In this document: positions 24,331-62,238 of the stretch, piece by piece
Layout of the letters: each line of letters opens with the position of its first letter
How positions within the stretch are numbered: the first letter of the stretch is position 1
Translations under genes and position numbers: made by a program
The notes under the pieces: generated by a model
The model's database searches: none
Told to the model about the DNA's origin: nothing
What the model saw: only the letters and a program-made list of their open reading frames with translations
NCBI GenBank assembly: GCA_030141605.1
Contig: JAQGDQ010000364.1
Coordinates: 124,001 to 188,000 of the forward strand
DNA from: Tubiluchus corallicola
Taxonomy: Eukaryota; Animalia; Priapulida
Reading direction: 5' to 3'
DNA: 64,000 nucleotides

Positions 24331-25052
24331 AAGGACAAGATGCTGGTCATTTTAAAGTTGAATGAAGTACTAACACATTTATGATGATAACTGTTTTGTG
24401 CTTATAACAATAATTATTATCATAACTAATCTCAAATTCAAACATCAGTCTCCAGATAACTAGCTGATGTCAGTTCAAGGTCAAAATAGGCAGCAATATG
24501 ATTCTTTAGGTAATTAAGCAGGGTGATTTCACAAAAAACAAAATTATGCCCTTCAGACAAAAAGAGCAGACAAAGTCCTTGCTCCACGGTCTGGCTTGAT
24601 ATAAACAGCTAGAATTTAGTGGTCAGTCGGGAAACAAAATCGTATACTTGTATAATAATTACACTGTTTACATTACATTTACATTACATTTTTAGTTTTT
24701 AGAACAGAATAATGCAATATGTACCGTTTAATGCAACAAATATGGTAAAAAAAGTTGATAAAATAAAATTGGCTTCAAGCAAAATAAAAAATTATCTTTA
24801 AAACGAAACAGTTCGTCGTCAAGTGAAAAAAGGTGAAAGAATGATCAGCATCGTTAAAACGAAACAACGCTAAATGGAAAGTCGTTAAGCGAAGACTTAC
24901 TGTATTTAAAACAGCTTACATATGCAGACAATTTTGATCTGCATATGTAAGACGCAGACAAAAACCTCAAATATAACTTTGAAAACTTTTAAGCTTTTGT
25001 ATACTCTTTATTTATTATATTATGTACATAAAAACTTGTCTTTCTCAAGCCT

Positions 25053-25067
25053 TTATATGATGCCGAT
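25053..25067 (-). CDS. RPL23A: RPL23A exon 6 (IGII*)
   Basis: tttctttcag|ATC GGC ATC ATA TAA. Confidence 0.9.
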   Translation of the reverse strand: MGII

Positions 25068-28000
25068 CTGAAAGAAATGAAAAACCAAAATTACTATTAC
25101 ATATTACTATTACATAATTTATTAGATAATCTTGATAAAGGAAAGAAAATAGTTTCTTTAATAACATGACATGCTCTTGAACGCCCAGTTTTGCATAAAT
25201 TCACATTCTTCACTGTCAAGAGTCAAATTATCCAAAAATGAAAACGTGCCTGCTAGAAGAGCATGTACCGCACATCATGACAATCTCTAATTTCACAAAA
25301 TTTATAGAAGCGAACTTCAGTCAAGCATCTGACCAATCTTACACAAGAAATTTTCATGTGTGAGGAACTGTAAAAATCTATTTTTGTCAGGCAGTAGGAT
25401 TGCGCAAGAGCAAATTTAGGACACTCAAACTGGAATTGGTATTTACGCTGACAATCCTATCTTATAGCGTCATCAAAAAAAGTCAAAAAGGTATAAAATT
25501 TATTTAAAACAATACCGGCAAATTGTTTAATAAAAATTGACAAATTTCAAGCCTTTTTTGACTTGTAATTATTGTGTTATTAAAGAATTTGCCGGTAATG
25601 TTTTTCTGGACAACCTATTCTTATCACGGCCTTACCTTATTGGCTACATCCAGAGCATCATAATCTGGAGCTAAACGAACGTACGCTTTCTTCTGTCCAT
25701 CGGGCCTGGAAGTAAAATGTTGGTAGTTAACCTTGCTGTTACTATGGCGATGTAGTAACTTACACAGCTGTGTAGCACAGTTACAGTTATGCTGAAATCC
25801 ATTCAGCTATGCAGCAGCACGTTTATGCAAGAATCGACTTGCAGATAGGTACATGCAACAACACAAGTTTGGCAATATAATAACGATACGATAAATTATT
25901 TCAAACGATAACATTTTTTATCGGCTTTATTCCATAATTACTATAAAAAAATAGAAAAGAAAAGGGACTATACTTTATAAACGCAAGCGATAAGCAACGA
26001 CAATTTCCAAATTCTATACGATAACGATATTCCCGGAATGTTATTGATACGATAAAGATTTTTACAAATTTTTCACATCGATATGATAATTACAGATACG
26101 CATTATTATAATTAGCATTCCTGCTTGCAGACATTTAACATGTCTTCGTATCTAAGGTCTCGGATTATAAGGGACAACATCTTCAGGCCATGCGTAATAG
26201 AAACCCAGGTAAATTACCACTTTATATAAGGGACCCTATGATAAATTGGGCAAAAAAAAAGAAAAGTGCAGGTCCAGATATACCCTCGATCTGACTGAAC
26301 TGGGCAACTGTTTGCCGAGTCAAATTTTTTTACAGTTGGGCACCCTAGCCTATTGGTTAATGCGTCCATGTCCTACTAAATTATTGAAACCAATACCTAA
26401 TGAGAGTGTTGACCTTTGCCACGTCGATGTCGTACAGTTTCTTCACTGCTGACTTTATCTGTGGTTTATTTGCTCTCAGAGCAACGAGGAAGACCAGAGT
26501 GTTGTTATCTTCAATCTTCTTCATCGCCGATTCAGTCGTCAGCGGATATTTGACGATCGAATACTGGTCCAGTCTAAGTAACGAAAAAATAAACAGATAT
26601 TATTCACATAACAAACTCAATTCAAATGCTGGAAGCTGTTAGCAAGCGTGACTCATTGAAAATGAACAACAAAAAGAATCATTTTAAACAAAACCAGACT
26701 AAGTTACTCAATAGGCTAAGTTAGAGTGCCAGAAGAGGGGGTGTTTTTCTTGATTTTGTCCAATTAAATCACGTATAAATGTTTAAACAAATAGCATGAT
26801 TAGATAGCCGAGATTTCCTCGAACAGAACAGTACCTAATTTCTAATCATTTAGTCATGTTTGTGCTCATACACTAGCAGTAAAGGTCTTATAAGACTTAT
26901 TTTAAAAGGTGCGGCCCTGAAGGAGTTGATACCATCAAGTACACTGAATACCTGTTCCTTTTTGGGGCGCTTTTCCGAGGATATTTTGGTGCACGAGGAA
27001 GTTTTAACGTTTTCGGCCGTCGAAAGTGCACCGTTGTCCACATCTTTCTCGTCCGCTGCCCGCGCACACCCCTCAGCACGCTCTTCTTAGCCTTTCCTGC
27101 TTTAGCGATCTGCAGAAATAAAAATAACAAAGAAAAATAAAACGAAAAAACAAAGGAAAACCACATACCAGTGACGTTACAAAATGCAGGATGGTTGAGT
27201 CCTGCAGCAGAATCTTAGATCTTCTCATTTTACTTCATTTGTCCAGATTACAAGCAACACAGAATAACGAATGTGCTTGTGAAAAGAATATCAATAAACT
27301 CAAATACCAGTCATCAGACTACTTAGCTGTACATGTATTAATCATACGAAAATGGTATATTCAGCTGCAATCACGAAATATACGTTCCTTGACCTCGATT
27401 TTAGCCTACCGTGATAGCCTGAGCTTAAATTTTGCCGCAAATGCAACAAACTGTCTTTAATATCGTCGGGTCAATGCCTTCACATGTGCGGTAATACTCG
27501 ATGAGCCATCTTAACGACATTATAAGCTTGTGGGCAAAACAATGCACTGGCGTCTATTCGTACACAACCCCTCTTAAGAATAAAAATTTAAACTTAAACA
27601 CTACGTACAAAGCAGTGTGTAAACATTAAAAAACATGCTCCACAGCAACGATTAATCAACACAAACATTTGAAAAATATAACACACCTTGAAAAACACAA
27701 ACGTTTCAAAATATGAATGATACTGAATTGCTAAACCATACAGACAGAGATGAAACTGTATAAAATTACTGTGAGTTATTTGTTAGTAATCAAGTGTTCG
27801 ACACGAACGTTTACAAAATTCTCGTCGAAGCCAGTGGCGTAACAACTAGGCTGGGGGCCCTTGGACAAATCTTGACTGGGGACCCTGGGACAAACTGAAT
27901 GAAAGGCCCCATATCGACCCTCTTTTTAATTTTCTAAAAAAACGTGTTGAAGTAATGAAATTATTATAAAACACAAAAAAATGATTAAATGAAAAGCGGA

Positions 28001-31000
28001 ATCGAAGTCGGCTCTCTGTTGATTGCCAGAATTATTAGGTGTTTTTATGCCAAGATTAATAATGTTTGTAAGGTGCATTCTTTAGGGTCAGGCTTGGGGG
28101 CCCCTTGACCTCGGAGGGGCCCCAGTCCAGATCCCTAGATCTAGGGGAAAATTCCTAAGAGTGGCAACTGGTAACCATTCGGAATGGAAGTCAGTTCCCC
28201 GTTGGTTGCATTTTCCTGTCTGTAAATTTGTATGTTTTTAGGGTCAGGCTTGGGGGCCCCTGGCATTTGTTCTGCACTGTCCAATGGGCGTTACGCCACT
28301 GGTCGAAGCTGCAGAGAATTGAGGATGTCATTTTTTTTACACGAGTGAAAGCCAGCTCACATGTTGATGCGTCATACGATGCTGATTTTTTTATAAGTTT
28401 TAGTCTTGAAAATAAACATCTCCTGCACAGCTGGTCCACTTGTAACACAATAACATATGTTTATGGTATAGTACAGTCAACCTGGGGTGTAATGTACTCG
28501 CTTACAAGGGTCATTCACTTAGAAGGGACCACCAACACCGGTCCCGATGTTCCGTAACGTTTTTCCTATGTAAAAATCTTCGTATATATGGTACTCGGAT
28601 ATAAGGGACTTTCGGTTATAAGTGACGATAAAGATTTTACAAATTTTTCATATCGATATGATAATTATAGATACGTATCGTTATAGTTAACATTCAGGTA
28701 TTTAACATACAGTCAACCTCAGGTATAAGGTACTCATATATAAGGGACTTTTGGTTATAAGAGACGATTTAAAAACCATTCAAGTTTGCATTGTTGCAGG
28801 TATTGTGATGTTTGCATTTTCACTGTTTTAAAATGCATTCAAGTTTGCACTGTTGCATGTATTGTGATGTTTGCATTTTTATCATTTTAAAAACCATTCA
28901 AATTTGCATTGTTGCAGGTAATGTGATGTTTGCATTTTCATTGTTTTAAAAACCATTCAAGTTTGCATTGTTGCAGGTATTGTGATGTTTGCATTTTCAT
29001 TGTGTTAAAAATCATTCAGGTTTGCAGATGCCAGTGTGATGTTCTCAACATTAAGTTTAAGCATTCCTAACAAAGGGCAATAAGACCTGACATAATGTTG
29101 TTTGTAGCACTTAATGTTGAAAGTCTGTGACAAAAGAAGATGGTAATTAGTACTTTAATATCTTTGTAATATTTATGCAGTTAATTTTTTGGTTTTCACA
29201 ATTTCTGTGCTGCACATATCTTGAGCTAAGCGTGAAGTATATTTATAGTTAAAATGCCATAACTTTAGTAAAACTCTTAATTTACATTAATACTTTTTAC
29301 TTAATAGTTAAAAATCACGTCAAACATTTTAACAGAGCTACTGCTGTCATCATCAGTGTTAAATTTTTACAAACATGCCACCAGTTTATATAGACAGAGT
29401 CTACAGTATAGAACATTACCCTCCTATTTAAAAACACATCTATTCAATACTTATTGTAATAGCTTCTACTATATAGCCACCTGGCGGCATTTTCATAATT
29501 ATAATCTGAACAAACTTATGGTTGCTCATAAAAATCAATGCAAAAATTTTTCAATTATCAGTTCTATCACAGTGCCAGGGACATTTCTGTGACGCATAAA
29601 TTAGTGTAGTTTGATGTTATTTACAGGAAAAGCATTTACAGCCTGAATACTAGAATTTCAAACAGTGAAAACTTGTTATGTAGAACGATATTCGGTAGTG
29701 ATACTTTATTTACTTCCAGTATAAGAAAGATTTGGAGAAGGATATTGTATGCTTAGTTTTTACATTGTTGATATTCATTGATATAATGATTGAAGCCAAT
29801 GCGAAATGTTATTATTATTATTATTATTTGTAATGTTGTTTACTTTGTGTGCTTCGTGTTGTTTATTTACTTGTATTTTCGTTGTATATATTTTTAATGT
29901 TGTACTAATATCATATGAACGAAAGTTTGAAATAAAGAAGTAAATCAAAAATCAAACGACCCATGATTATTCAGACATTTCTGCTTAATCACTACTTATT
30001 TGGCGTTTTGTGAATACATAATTAGTGCATAACGTTCTACACCGTAGGCTCTGCCTATATAAACCGGTTATTTGTAAAATTTTACCACTCATGATGACAG
30101 CAGTAGCTCTGTCGAAAGCTCATGCCGTTTGACATGATTTTTAACAATATAAATTAAAAGTTATAATAAAGTTGTGGTGTTTTACTATAAATAATTCCAA
30201 GTGCCTGTAATAAAAGAATTTATAACCATGTTCTTTACTGCATTAACATTTTAAGAAGGTTCTGAGGTGAGCTCCAGTAGCTTTCGAATCATGCAGGCAG
30301 TGACAGAGAATTTCTCTTCCAACACAAATTTTGTCAATAGTGTTTATTATATCAATTTATTTGCATGCCTTACTGCAACTGCATTGCAACACTGCTGCAT
30401 TTTACAAACGCAAACAGCAAGATGCTTCTACATCGTATTTTTCATCGGGACGGGGGTGGGGAGTTTAGCGTACTCCGCAAATTCAAGCACCACCCAGGCC
30501 GTCGCAAGATCTAACTATGTCACTGTGCCGTTCAACTTCAACCGAAGCCACACTGCACTCACCGGCGGCTTAAAACAATTACAGCACTTGTTCAAGTTTT
30601 TGTAAATTCACTTGGGTAACGAGAACTGACCACTGCCCTAACGATCTGACCGAGCATATCAAGAGTTTGCATAACTCACTTGTGCTTTCTGCTCAGGAGG
30701 AGCCCTTTTGGCCGGTCCCTTGCCGGGTCTCTCCTTACCGGGTCGAGTGTCCGGTCCACCTTCCGCGCCAGACGTCGGCTTCTCTGGCTTTGCAGGTTTC
30801 GCTGGTTCTGTCTTTTTGGCTAGAGGCACAAAACAGCATGAAAGCCTTCCTCACAAGTCAGGAAGAATTTGGTGGAAATGGTTACTTTACATCATGCTTG
30901 TGATCTTACACATGCCAAGGTTGTAAACAGCTATTATTTACTGACAACAGGTTTTGATATTGAAATTCTCTAGAAACTGCATAATTATTTCTTGCTTCAA

Positions 31001-32104
31001 ATACAAAATTCTTTGGACAATTAGCAACACCCGAAAGACCTGTGTCATGAAAACCTAGAGTGACTGACTAATTACATAAAAAAATGGAATTATCACAGTC
31101 TTGAACATCAGTTTAAAATGAAAACTCGGGACAGATAAAGAAAAACGATAATTTCACAATGCAATCTATAAGTGGGAGTGTGCTGTATTCAATTCAATTC
31201 AAGTTTTTATTTCGATAACTAGAGCCATATAAAATACAAATACAGCATTAAAATGAAATAAAATACAATGAAATAAAAATTACAAAAGTTAATATATATA
31301 TGTATTTAGTAATATATATATATAATAATTATATATATATATATATATAATAATATATATATATATATAATTAATATATATATATAGACAGGGTAGTAAA
31401 CTAAAAGCTAAATAAGTTTTAGAGGCTAATTATGTAATAATTTGCTCCATTTCACAAAAAAAACAAGATTTGACAAGTCTATGTGAGTTAATAATAGCAG
31501 TTATAATACTAAATGTTGCCAGTGTACAGCATTAACCTGTTTCGAATGCTATAATGTGATCTATAGACGGGCGAAAAATTATCTGTGAAAGATTACAGCA
31601 AAGTGTTTGTAAATTTTCAGAAAAATTTGAAAGCTCGAAATATTCCAAACAGGCGTACAAGTGCATTCACTAGTATGAATGACTTAAATTTCTTTTCGCA
31701 TTTTTAAGATATGCATTTCATGCACGAATCAATTGGGTAATTTCAGTATGTCAAGTGTATATTACAATACAATGACGGTTCTTGAAAGATAGGTTTTCTG
31801 TACCACACAAACTTTTTATTTCAATAGGTGAAAATAATCGAATTATAATTCCAATTCTCATTCAACATTAATTACTATGGCGCCCATTTTAATATTGACA
31901 TTGTGAATGTTCAGACTTCAGTATTATAAAAGGCCATGTTTTTGAGTTTTTTAAATTTCAGTCATATATTTTAAACAAACAAACTTTCCCTTGTTTTATC
32001 AGATCAGTAATATTTCAGAGAATAATCGATAGCCAATGTATAATGGGATTTTCCGTACCTTTTGCAGTACCCACAGAAGCGGCTGCCTTCTTTTTGGGTC
32101 CCAT
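25053..32104 (-). CDS. RPL23A: 60S ribosomal protein L23a (uL23), 201 aa; join(32104..32059,30819..30680,27109..26952,26573..26397,25705..25636,25067..25053)
   Basis: All junctions are GT-AG and phase-consistent (606 nt). Hallmarks include [42 protein letters not shown] and [40 protein letters not shown] lies ~40 nt after the stop. Confidence 0.95.
25636..25705 (-). CDS. RPL23A: RPL23A exon 5
   Basis: [23 protein letters not shown]; boundaries ttccag| and |gtaagg. Confidence 0.95.
26397..26573 (-). CDS. RPL23A: RPL23A exon 4
   Basis: [58 protein letters not shown]. Confidence 0.95.
26952..27109 (-). CDS. RPL23A: RPL23A exon 3
   Basis: [52 protein letters not shown]. Confidence 0.95.
27832..28301. 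mobile_element. hAT-type MITE in RPL23A intron 2
   Basis: TIR CAGTGGCGTAAC / GTTACGCCACTG and a perfect 8-bp TSD GTCGAAGC. Confidence 0.92.
28473..28765. mobile_element. Partial copies of a pogo/Tigger-like MITE
   Basis: TA|CAGTCAACCT...TAAGGTACTC...TAAGGGAC starts at ~28473 and ~28710; same family as the full copy at 59909-60112. Confidence 0.7.
28766..29030. repeat. ~59-bp tandem repeat (~4.5 units)
   Basis: TTTAAAAACCATTCAAGTTTGCATTGTTGCAGGTATTGTGATGTTTGCATTTTCA repeated in tandem. Confidence 0.9.
29240..30192. mobile_element. Long-TIR element enclosing a decayed LINE 3' fragment (~29405-29955, + strand)
   Basis: Inverted arms at ~29240-29403 and ~30045-30192 (ACAGAGCTACTGCTGTCATCAT / ATGATGACAGCAGTAGCTCTGT). 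The interior reads [14 protein letters not shown]...NLNKLMVAH, resembling a non-LTR ORF2 C-terminus, and ends AATAAAG. Confidence 0.65.
30680..30819 (-). CDS. RPL23A: RPL23A exon 2 (K/P/A/G-rich N-terminal extension)
   Basis: gcctctag|CC AAA...GCA CAA|gtgagt = (A)[46 protein letters not shown]. It is needed to reconcile phase 1 (exon 1) with phase 0 (exon 3). Confidence 0.88.
32059..32104 (-). CDS. RPL23A: RPL23A exon 1
   Basis: ATG GGA CCC AAA AAG AAG...AAA G|gtacgg = [15 protein letters not shown]. Confidence 0.88.
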
Positions 32105-32107
32105 GTT

Positions 32108-32118
32108 GGAAAAAGGAA
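32108..32118 (-). promoter_or_regulatory. TCT initiator / 5' terminal oligopyrimidine (TOP) tract of RPL23A
   Basis: TTCCTTTTTCC immediately upstream of aacATG matches the YYCTTTYY motif typical of ribosomal protein genes. Confidence 0.8.
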
Positions 32119-33852
32119 CTCGTGCAGCGAAAGCTTCGCCATCTATTAGCAGAAAACAAAATCAATACTTACTGTTTAGTAAAAAAAGCTGACTAGATGA
32201 CAGCGCATACTGTATTTCAATGTGATTATTGACTATAATGAATAAACAAAATGTTTATGTTTGTCTCATATTATTAGTGTCATAAACAAGCTTACTTATC
32301 ATTTCTATTACGCCATTATTAAATTTTTTGTCTCTAGTAACCAAAGAGCTATTTTTTTTAAATTATTTCCCCCTTTAGCAAATGAAAGTGTATCAAAATA
32401 ATATTAATAGGAAGTATTTTTAAAAATACAGTACGAAATTAATGATACAAACAGATTTGAAACAGTTGAAGACCGAGTGGCAATTATATGTAATAGATCT
32501 TCAATTTATGCTGTTGTACATATGATAAAATCTGGCTGATAATGATTGCGGTCGATGCTAAATCTTGTATAATCTAGGCATTTTCATTTTCTGCTCAGTT
32601 TGTCGATTTAAAAACAAAATTTAATTAGGTCTTAGTAACCCTACAAAACTGCATGGCTTGAATTTGTTGATCGTGGTCTCAAAAATGAAGCAAAACAGTG
32701 ACTGAGCGAAAAAAGGATAAAACGGCAAGGCCTACATAATATGGATGACTGTGATGGTACTGGAACCTAGCTTGTCATCTAGTAGATTCTAGGTAAACGT
32801 AATTATACACAAATGTAATAATCAGGATGACACAAGAAACTGTCCAGAAGCGGATTTCTTGCCAGTCATTCGTCCATTTGCTGACAATGCATGGTGTTGC
32901 TTAACTTTGTATCCAACCACGCAAGCAGCGTGATTCAAAGTTTGTACGCCTCATCCTAAACAGATCAGCAAGCATGCATTGTGTAGCTGACTAGCTGTAC
33001 AGCACAAGTGCACTAAAATAAGCTTACAATGTTTTACATGTTTGTGTTGTCATCTATTGACATTATTGTAAAAATTCATGAAAGCAAGCACAACTTTGAA
33101 AGATAAGATGATTTAATTTTGCATATGCAAAAAAACTGACCTAATTTACCTTAATGAATGCAAAAATAATTGCAAATTTTTGAAATAAACTCTACATTTG
33201 CTGCCTTTCCATTTCAGTTTTAAAGCAGACAGCAATTGCGTATTACGACTTTACAACGGCTGATAGTTCTGTCCCATGCAATACTACTGTGAATTTATGG
33301 TTGTTTATGTAATGAGCAGATTAAACAATTACTTCTGGTGTATTAGAAACACTATTAATCTAGTTTTTACGTGGTCATTATTAATTACACGTATTTGATT
33401 AACGCTTATATTCAAGCAGTCTGTACAACTGCTTGCTGTGTAATATATTGCATTATGTGTTACTTATATAAGAGCTGAAGCTAATGACTGTCTGTGGTGT
33501 GTTACAAAATGAGCCTTTTACATAAATATGAAAGTATACACGTATTTTCTGAGGAGAATAAGAATTTTTTTTCTAAACAGTGATGCCCCTCAAGCTTTGG
33601 AACCCTAGACTATAGCGTAAATAGCCTACTGGTTAATATGCCTTTTAATGCAGATTGTAAATGAGTTTACTAACGATTTGTGTGTTGACATTTTGTGGAT
33701 AAGTGATGACAATATCACATTACTAGCAACATTGTAAAGTTAATTATTGTTAAAACATATTTACTACTTAGCCTGTATTGCATGATGATTTTATCTACCG
33801 AATTTCATCACTTACAATAACAGATACCCATAGTATTTAAAAAAGAAAGAAT

Positions 33853-35082
33853 TCAACCAGCTACCAAAAGCCTGATAAGCACTGAAACAACGTGAACATT
33901 CAAGCTGTTGCCCAGCAATTTATAACAATCTCTGCTTGACATCTGAGTGGGAAAGTTGAACGAACTTGGAAAGTACATGATATTGGCAATCTCCTTTGGC
34001 GTAAAGTACCTCAAACTCGCGTCGACCACATCTGCACACTTGTTGGATTTCAATTCGGTTATTTTATTGGCTTGCACACCGTTTGTTAACAGTACTGATC
34101 CAGTTCCTTCTGCGTATCTGCCGTAAGCTTTCGTAAAACAGCACGAGCGCGTGGATTGCGGATGAATGACATCCATTACCTTGAGAAATCTCTGTAATGT
34201 TTGCTTTGGGACAAGAAATTCTTCTGTGGGTGGGTCGACCTCCAAATAATGGCTCAACTCTAGCATATCTTTCGTTATACAGTTGCACAGAGTTTTATTA
34301 TTGACTAGAAATTCACAGAACATTACATATGAACTCCTTGGCTGTTCACTGTGCCCAGACTTTGCAGATTCACTCTCTAATTTCGCAAAAGGTAACTCAT
34401 GGGAATTCACTTCCGTACATTCCGTTTCCATATCCACAACTAAGTTATCATGAGCACTGTTGAAATGTTTAGTAGAACACTCAGTTTTGGTGGAATTAAA
34501 CACTGAATATTGCAGCATGATGCTACAGGTGTAACAGTGAGAAATTGGTGTAGGCAACTTCAGTTCACAGTTTTGATGCTTAGCGATCAAATAATATCGC
34601 AACCGCGAGTTTGGTATTCCGAACTGTACAGGAGACAGCAGAAATTCCTTGTACACATATTTGCAGTCTTTTAAGCAATGGATAAGTTTGCTTCGTGCGG
34701 ACGATGACTCGAACCCAACGACGTTTTCGAGAAGTATGTATTTGGGTGGCATAGGCCAATTGGGTAAGACATCCAGCAAGGCAAGGAGCGACTTGCAGCG
34801 TGGGTCAGCCGTATCTTTCTCACAACCTTGCCTCGTAAATGGCTGACACGGAGGGCTCATTAAAATTGCGTTCACGTTCATGGCTGCGAGTTCCGACACA
34901 GTTAATGACTCGATGTTTCTTTGAATCAAATTTGTGGATGGATAATTGTGCCTGTAAACCTCATTCGCCTTCTCATTGATATCAACGGCAGCGGCGACGG
35001 TAAATGAAATGCCGCTTCTGTCCAAAGCTGCATGCATTCCACCAATTCCACTATATAGTTCTAAGACATTCAATTGCTCCAT
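33853..35082 (-). CDS. TRDMT1: tRNA (cytosine-38-C5)-methyltransferase DNMT2/TRDMT1, 409 aa, single coding exon
   Basis: Motif I LELYSGIGG, motif IV SPPCQPFTR, motif VI ENV, motif VIII NSRLRYY, DNMT2-specific CFTKAY, motif X LLGNSLN. A 5'UTR acceptor ttttgcag lies at ~35154. Confidence 0.95.
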   Translation of the reverse strand: MEQLNVLELYSGIGGMHAALDRSGISFTVAAAVDINEKANEVYRHNYPSTNLIQRNIESLTVSELAAMNVNAILMSPPCQPFTRQGCEKDTADPRCKSLLALLDVLPNWPMPPKYILLENVVGFESSSARSKLIHCLKDCKYVYKEFLLSPVQFGIPNSRLRYYLIAKHQNCELKLPTPISHCYTCSIMLQYSVFNSTKTECSTKHFNSAHDNLVVDMETECTEVNSHELPFAKLESESAKSGHSEQPRSSYVMFCEFLVNNKTLCNCITKDMLELSHYLEVDPPTEEFLVPKQTLQRFLKVMDVIHPQSTRSCCFTKAYGRYAEGTGSVLLTNGVQANKITELKSNKCADVVDASLRYFTPKEIANIMYFPSSFNFPTQMSSRDCYKLLGNSLNVHVVSVLIRLLVAG

Positions 35083-36154
35083 TGTATATATAACTATCTA
35101 GTGATTTCTCAAGAATCTTTTTGATATCTGTATGATTAGAATGCACTGGTGAACTGCAAAAATAAAATAATCACAAAAAAGTAGTTATGAGTCCACTGAG
35201 ATTACTAATCAGACCGGGAACAATGCACGCATCACCAGCAAAATAATTAAACACCTAATTAATTTAAAAATTGGGTATTGATTTATGCCCACCAGTCAAG
35301 CTACTCTGTACTCACTTTAATTCTGCAAGTGTTGCGAACCACGTGAAAAAATTACAATTGTGATGACGTGTAAAAGCTGTAACTCTATACAAGTGCAACA
35401 CGAAAAAATCAGTTTTTTACGATCATTGCCTGCAGCCCAATATGGATTAACTACTAGTACTACAAAAGTTTGCAGGTAAGGCAAAGTGTTCTAGAAAGGG
35501 AAGAGGAAGAAAATTTAGAGGAGTTATATTTGACACGACACTAAAACCAAGTCGACATATACCAGAAGTGACAAAGAACGCTAACCAAAAGTGTCGCCTG
35601 TCGGTCTGATACACAGAAGCTATACATACCAGAAAAAAAGATGCTTTCCAAGCTAAACAAATCGATTGTAAGACCTCTGTTGGAAAACGCAAATGTAAAC
35701 ATCAGTGAAAAGCCACCTCGTTTTTGTTCAAGTGAAATTCTTCTATCTTTAATGTGATATAATGTATCGATAGAATAAGGGTTAGACCTTAAAGAAGAGT
35801 CCGAAGATAAAAATATTAGGTATTAAAACAATTATAACAAATAACAGCAGCCCACCGGACTAGTAGACCCACGCTTTGCCCTGTTGCGCATGAGAAACGT
35901 CTGTCTAGTACAAAATACGTGCACAACGCGACGCCACAAGCACTTTAGGGGCTGCGGTTTCTCCATCATTTCTCAAGTTTGGTTGTGTTTTTGCAGTGTC
36001 TCCGAAGAAATAAGGATTTTCCCCCAAGTATGGGTTATTTGTTGTGATTTATGGATGAGACTTTTGCAGGGGATCCAAGGAGTGTTCTGGTGCTACGAAT
36101 GAAAATGCTTCTTTAGCAAAAACTGGAGAAAACGACGGGAGGTTGCCGTGCAAA
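35083..36154. promoter_or_regulatory. Probable bidirectional promoter region between TRDMT1 (-) and NLK (+)
   Basis: Start codons are ~1.07 kb apart and divergent; a CpG-containing stretch at ~35850-35960 includes TGCGCATG. Confidence 0.5.

Positions 36155-62238
<26,084 letters not shown>

Noticed and set aside
26850-26950. H/ACA snoRNA in RPL23A intron 3
   Set aside because: ANANNA and ACA motifs can be found, but the first hairpin would overlap the splice donor and the pairing is weak.
30420-30660. Intronic RNase P/MRP RNA, 7SK or telomerase RNA
   Set aside because: No convincing CR-I/CR-V pseudoknot motifs, GAUC duplex context or full CUAACCCU template could be found by eye.
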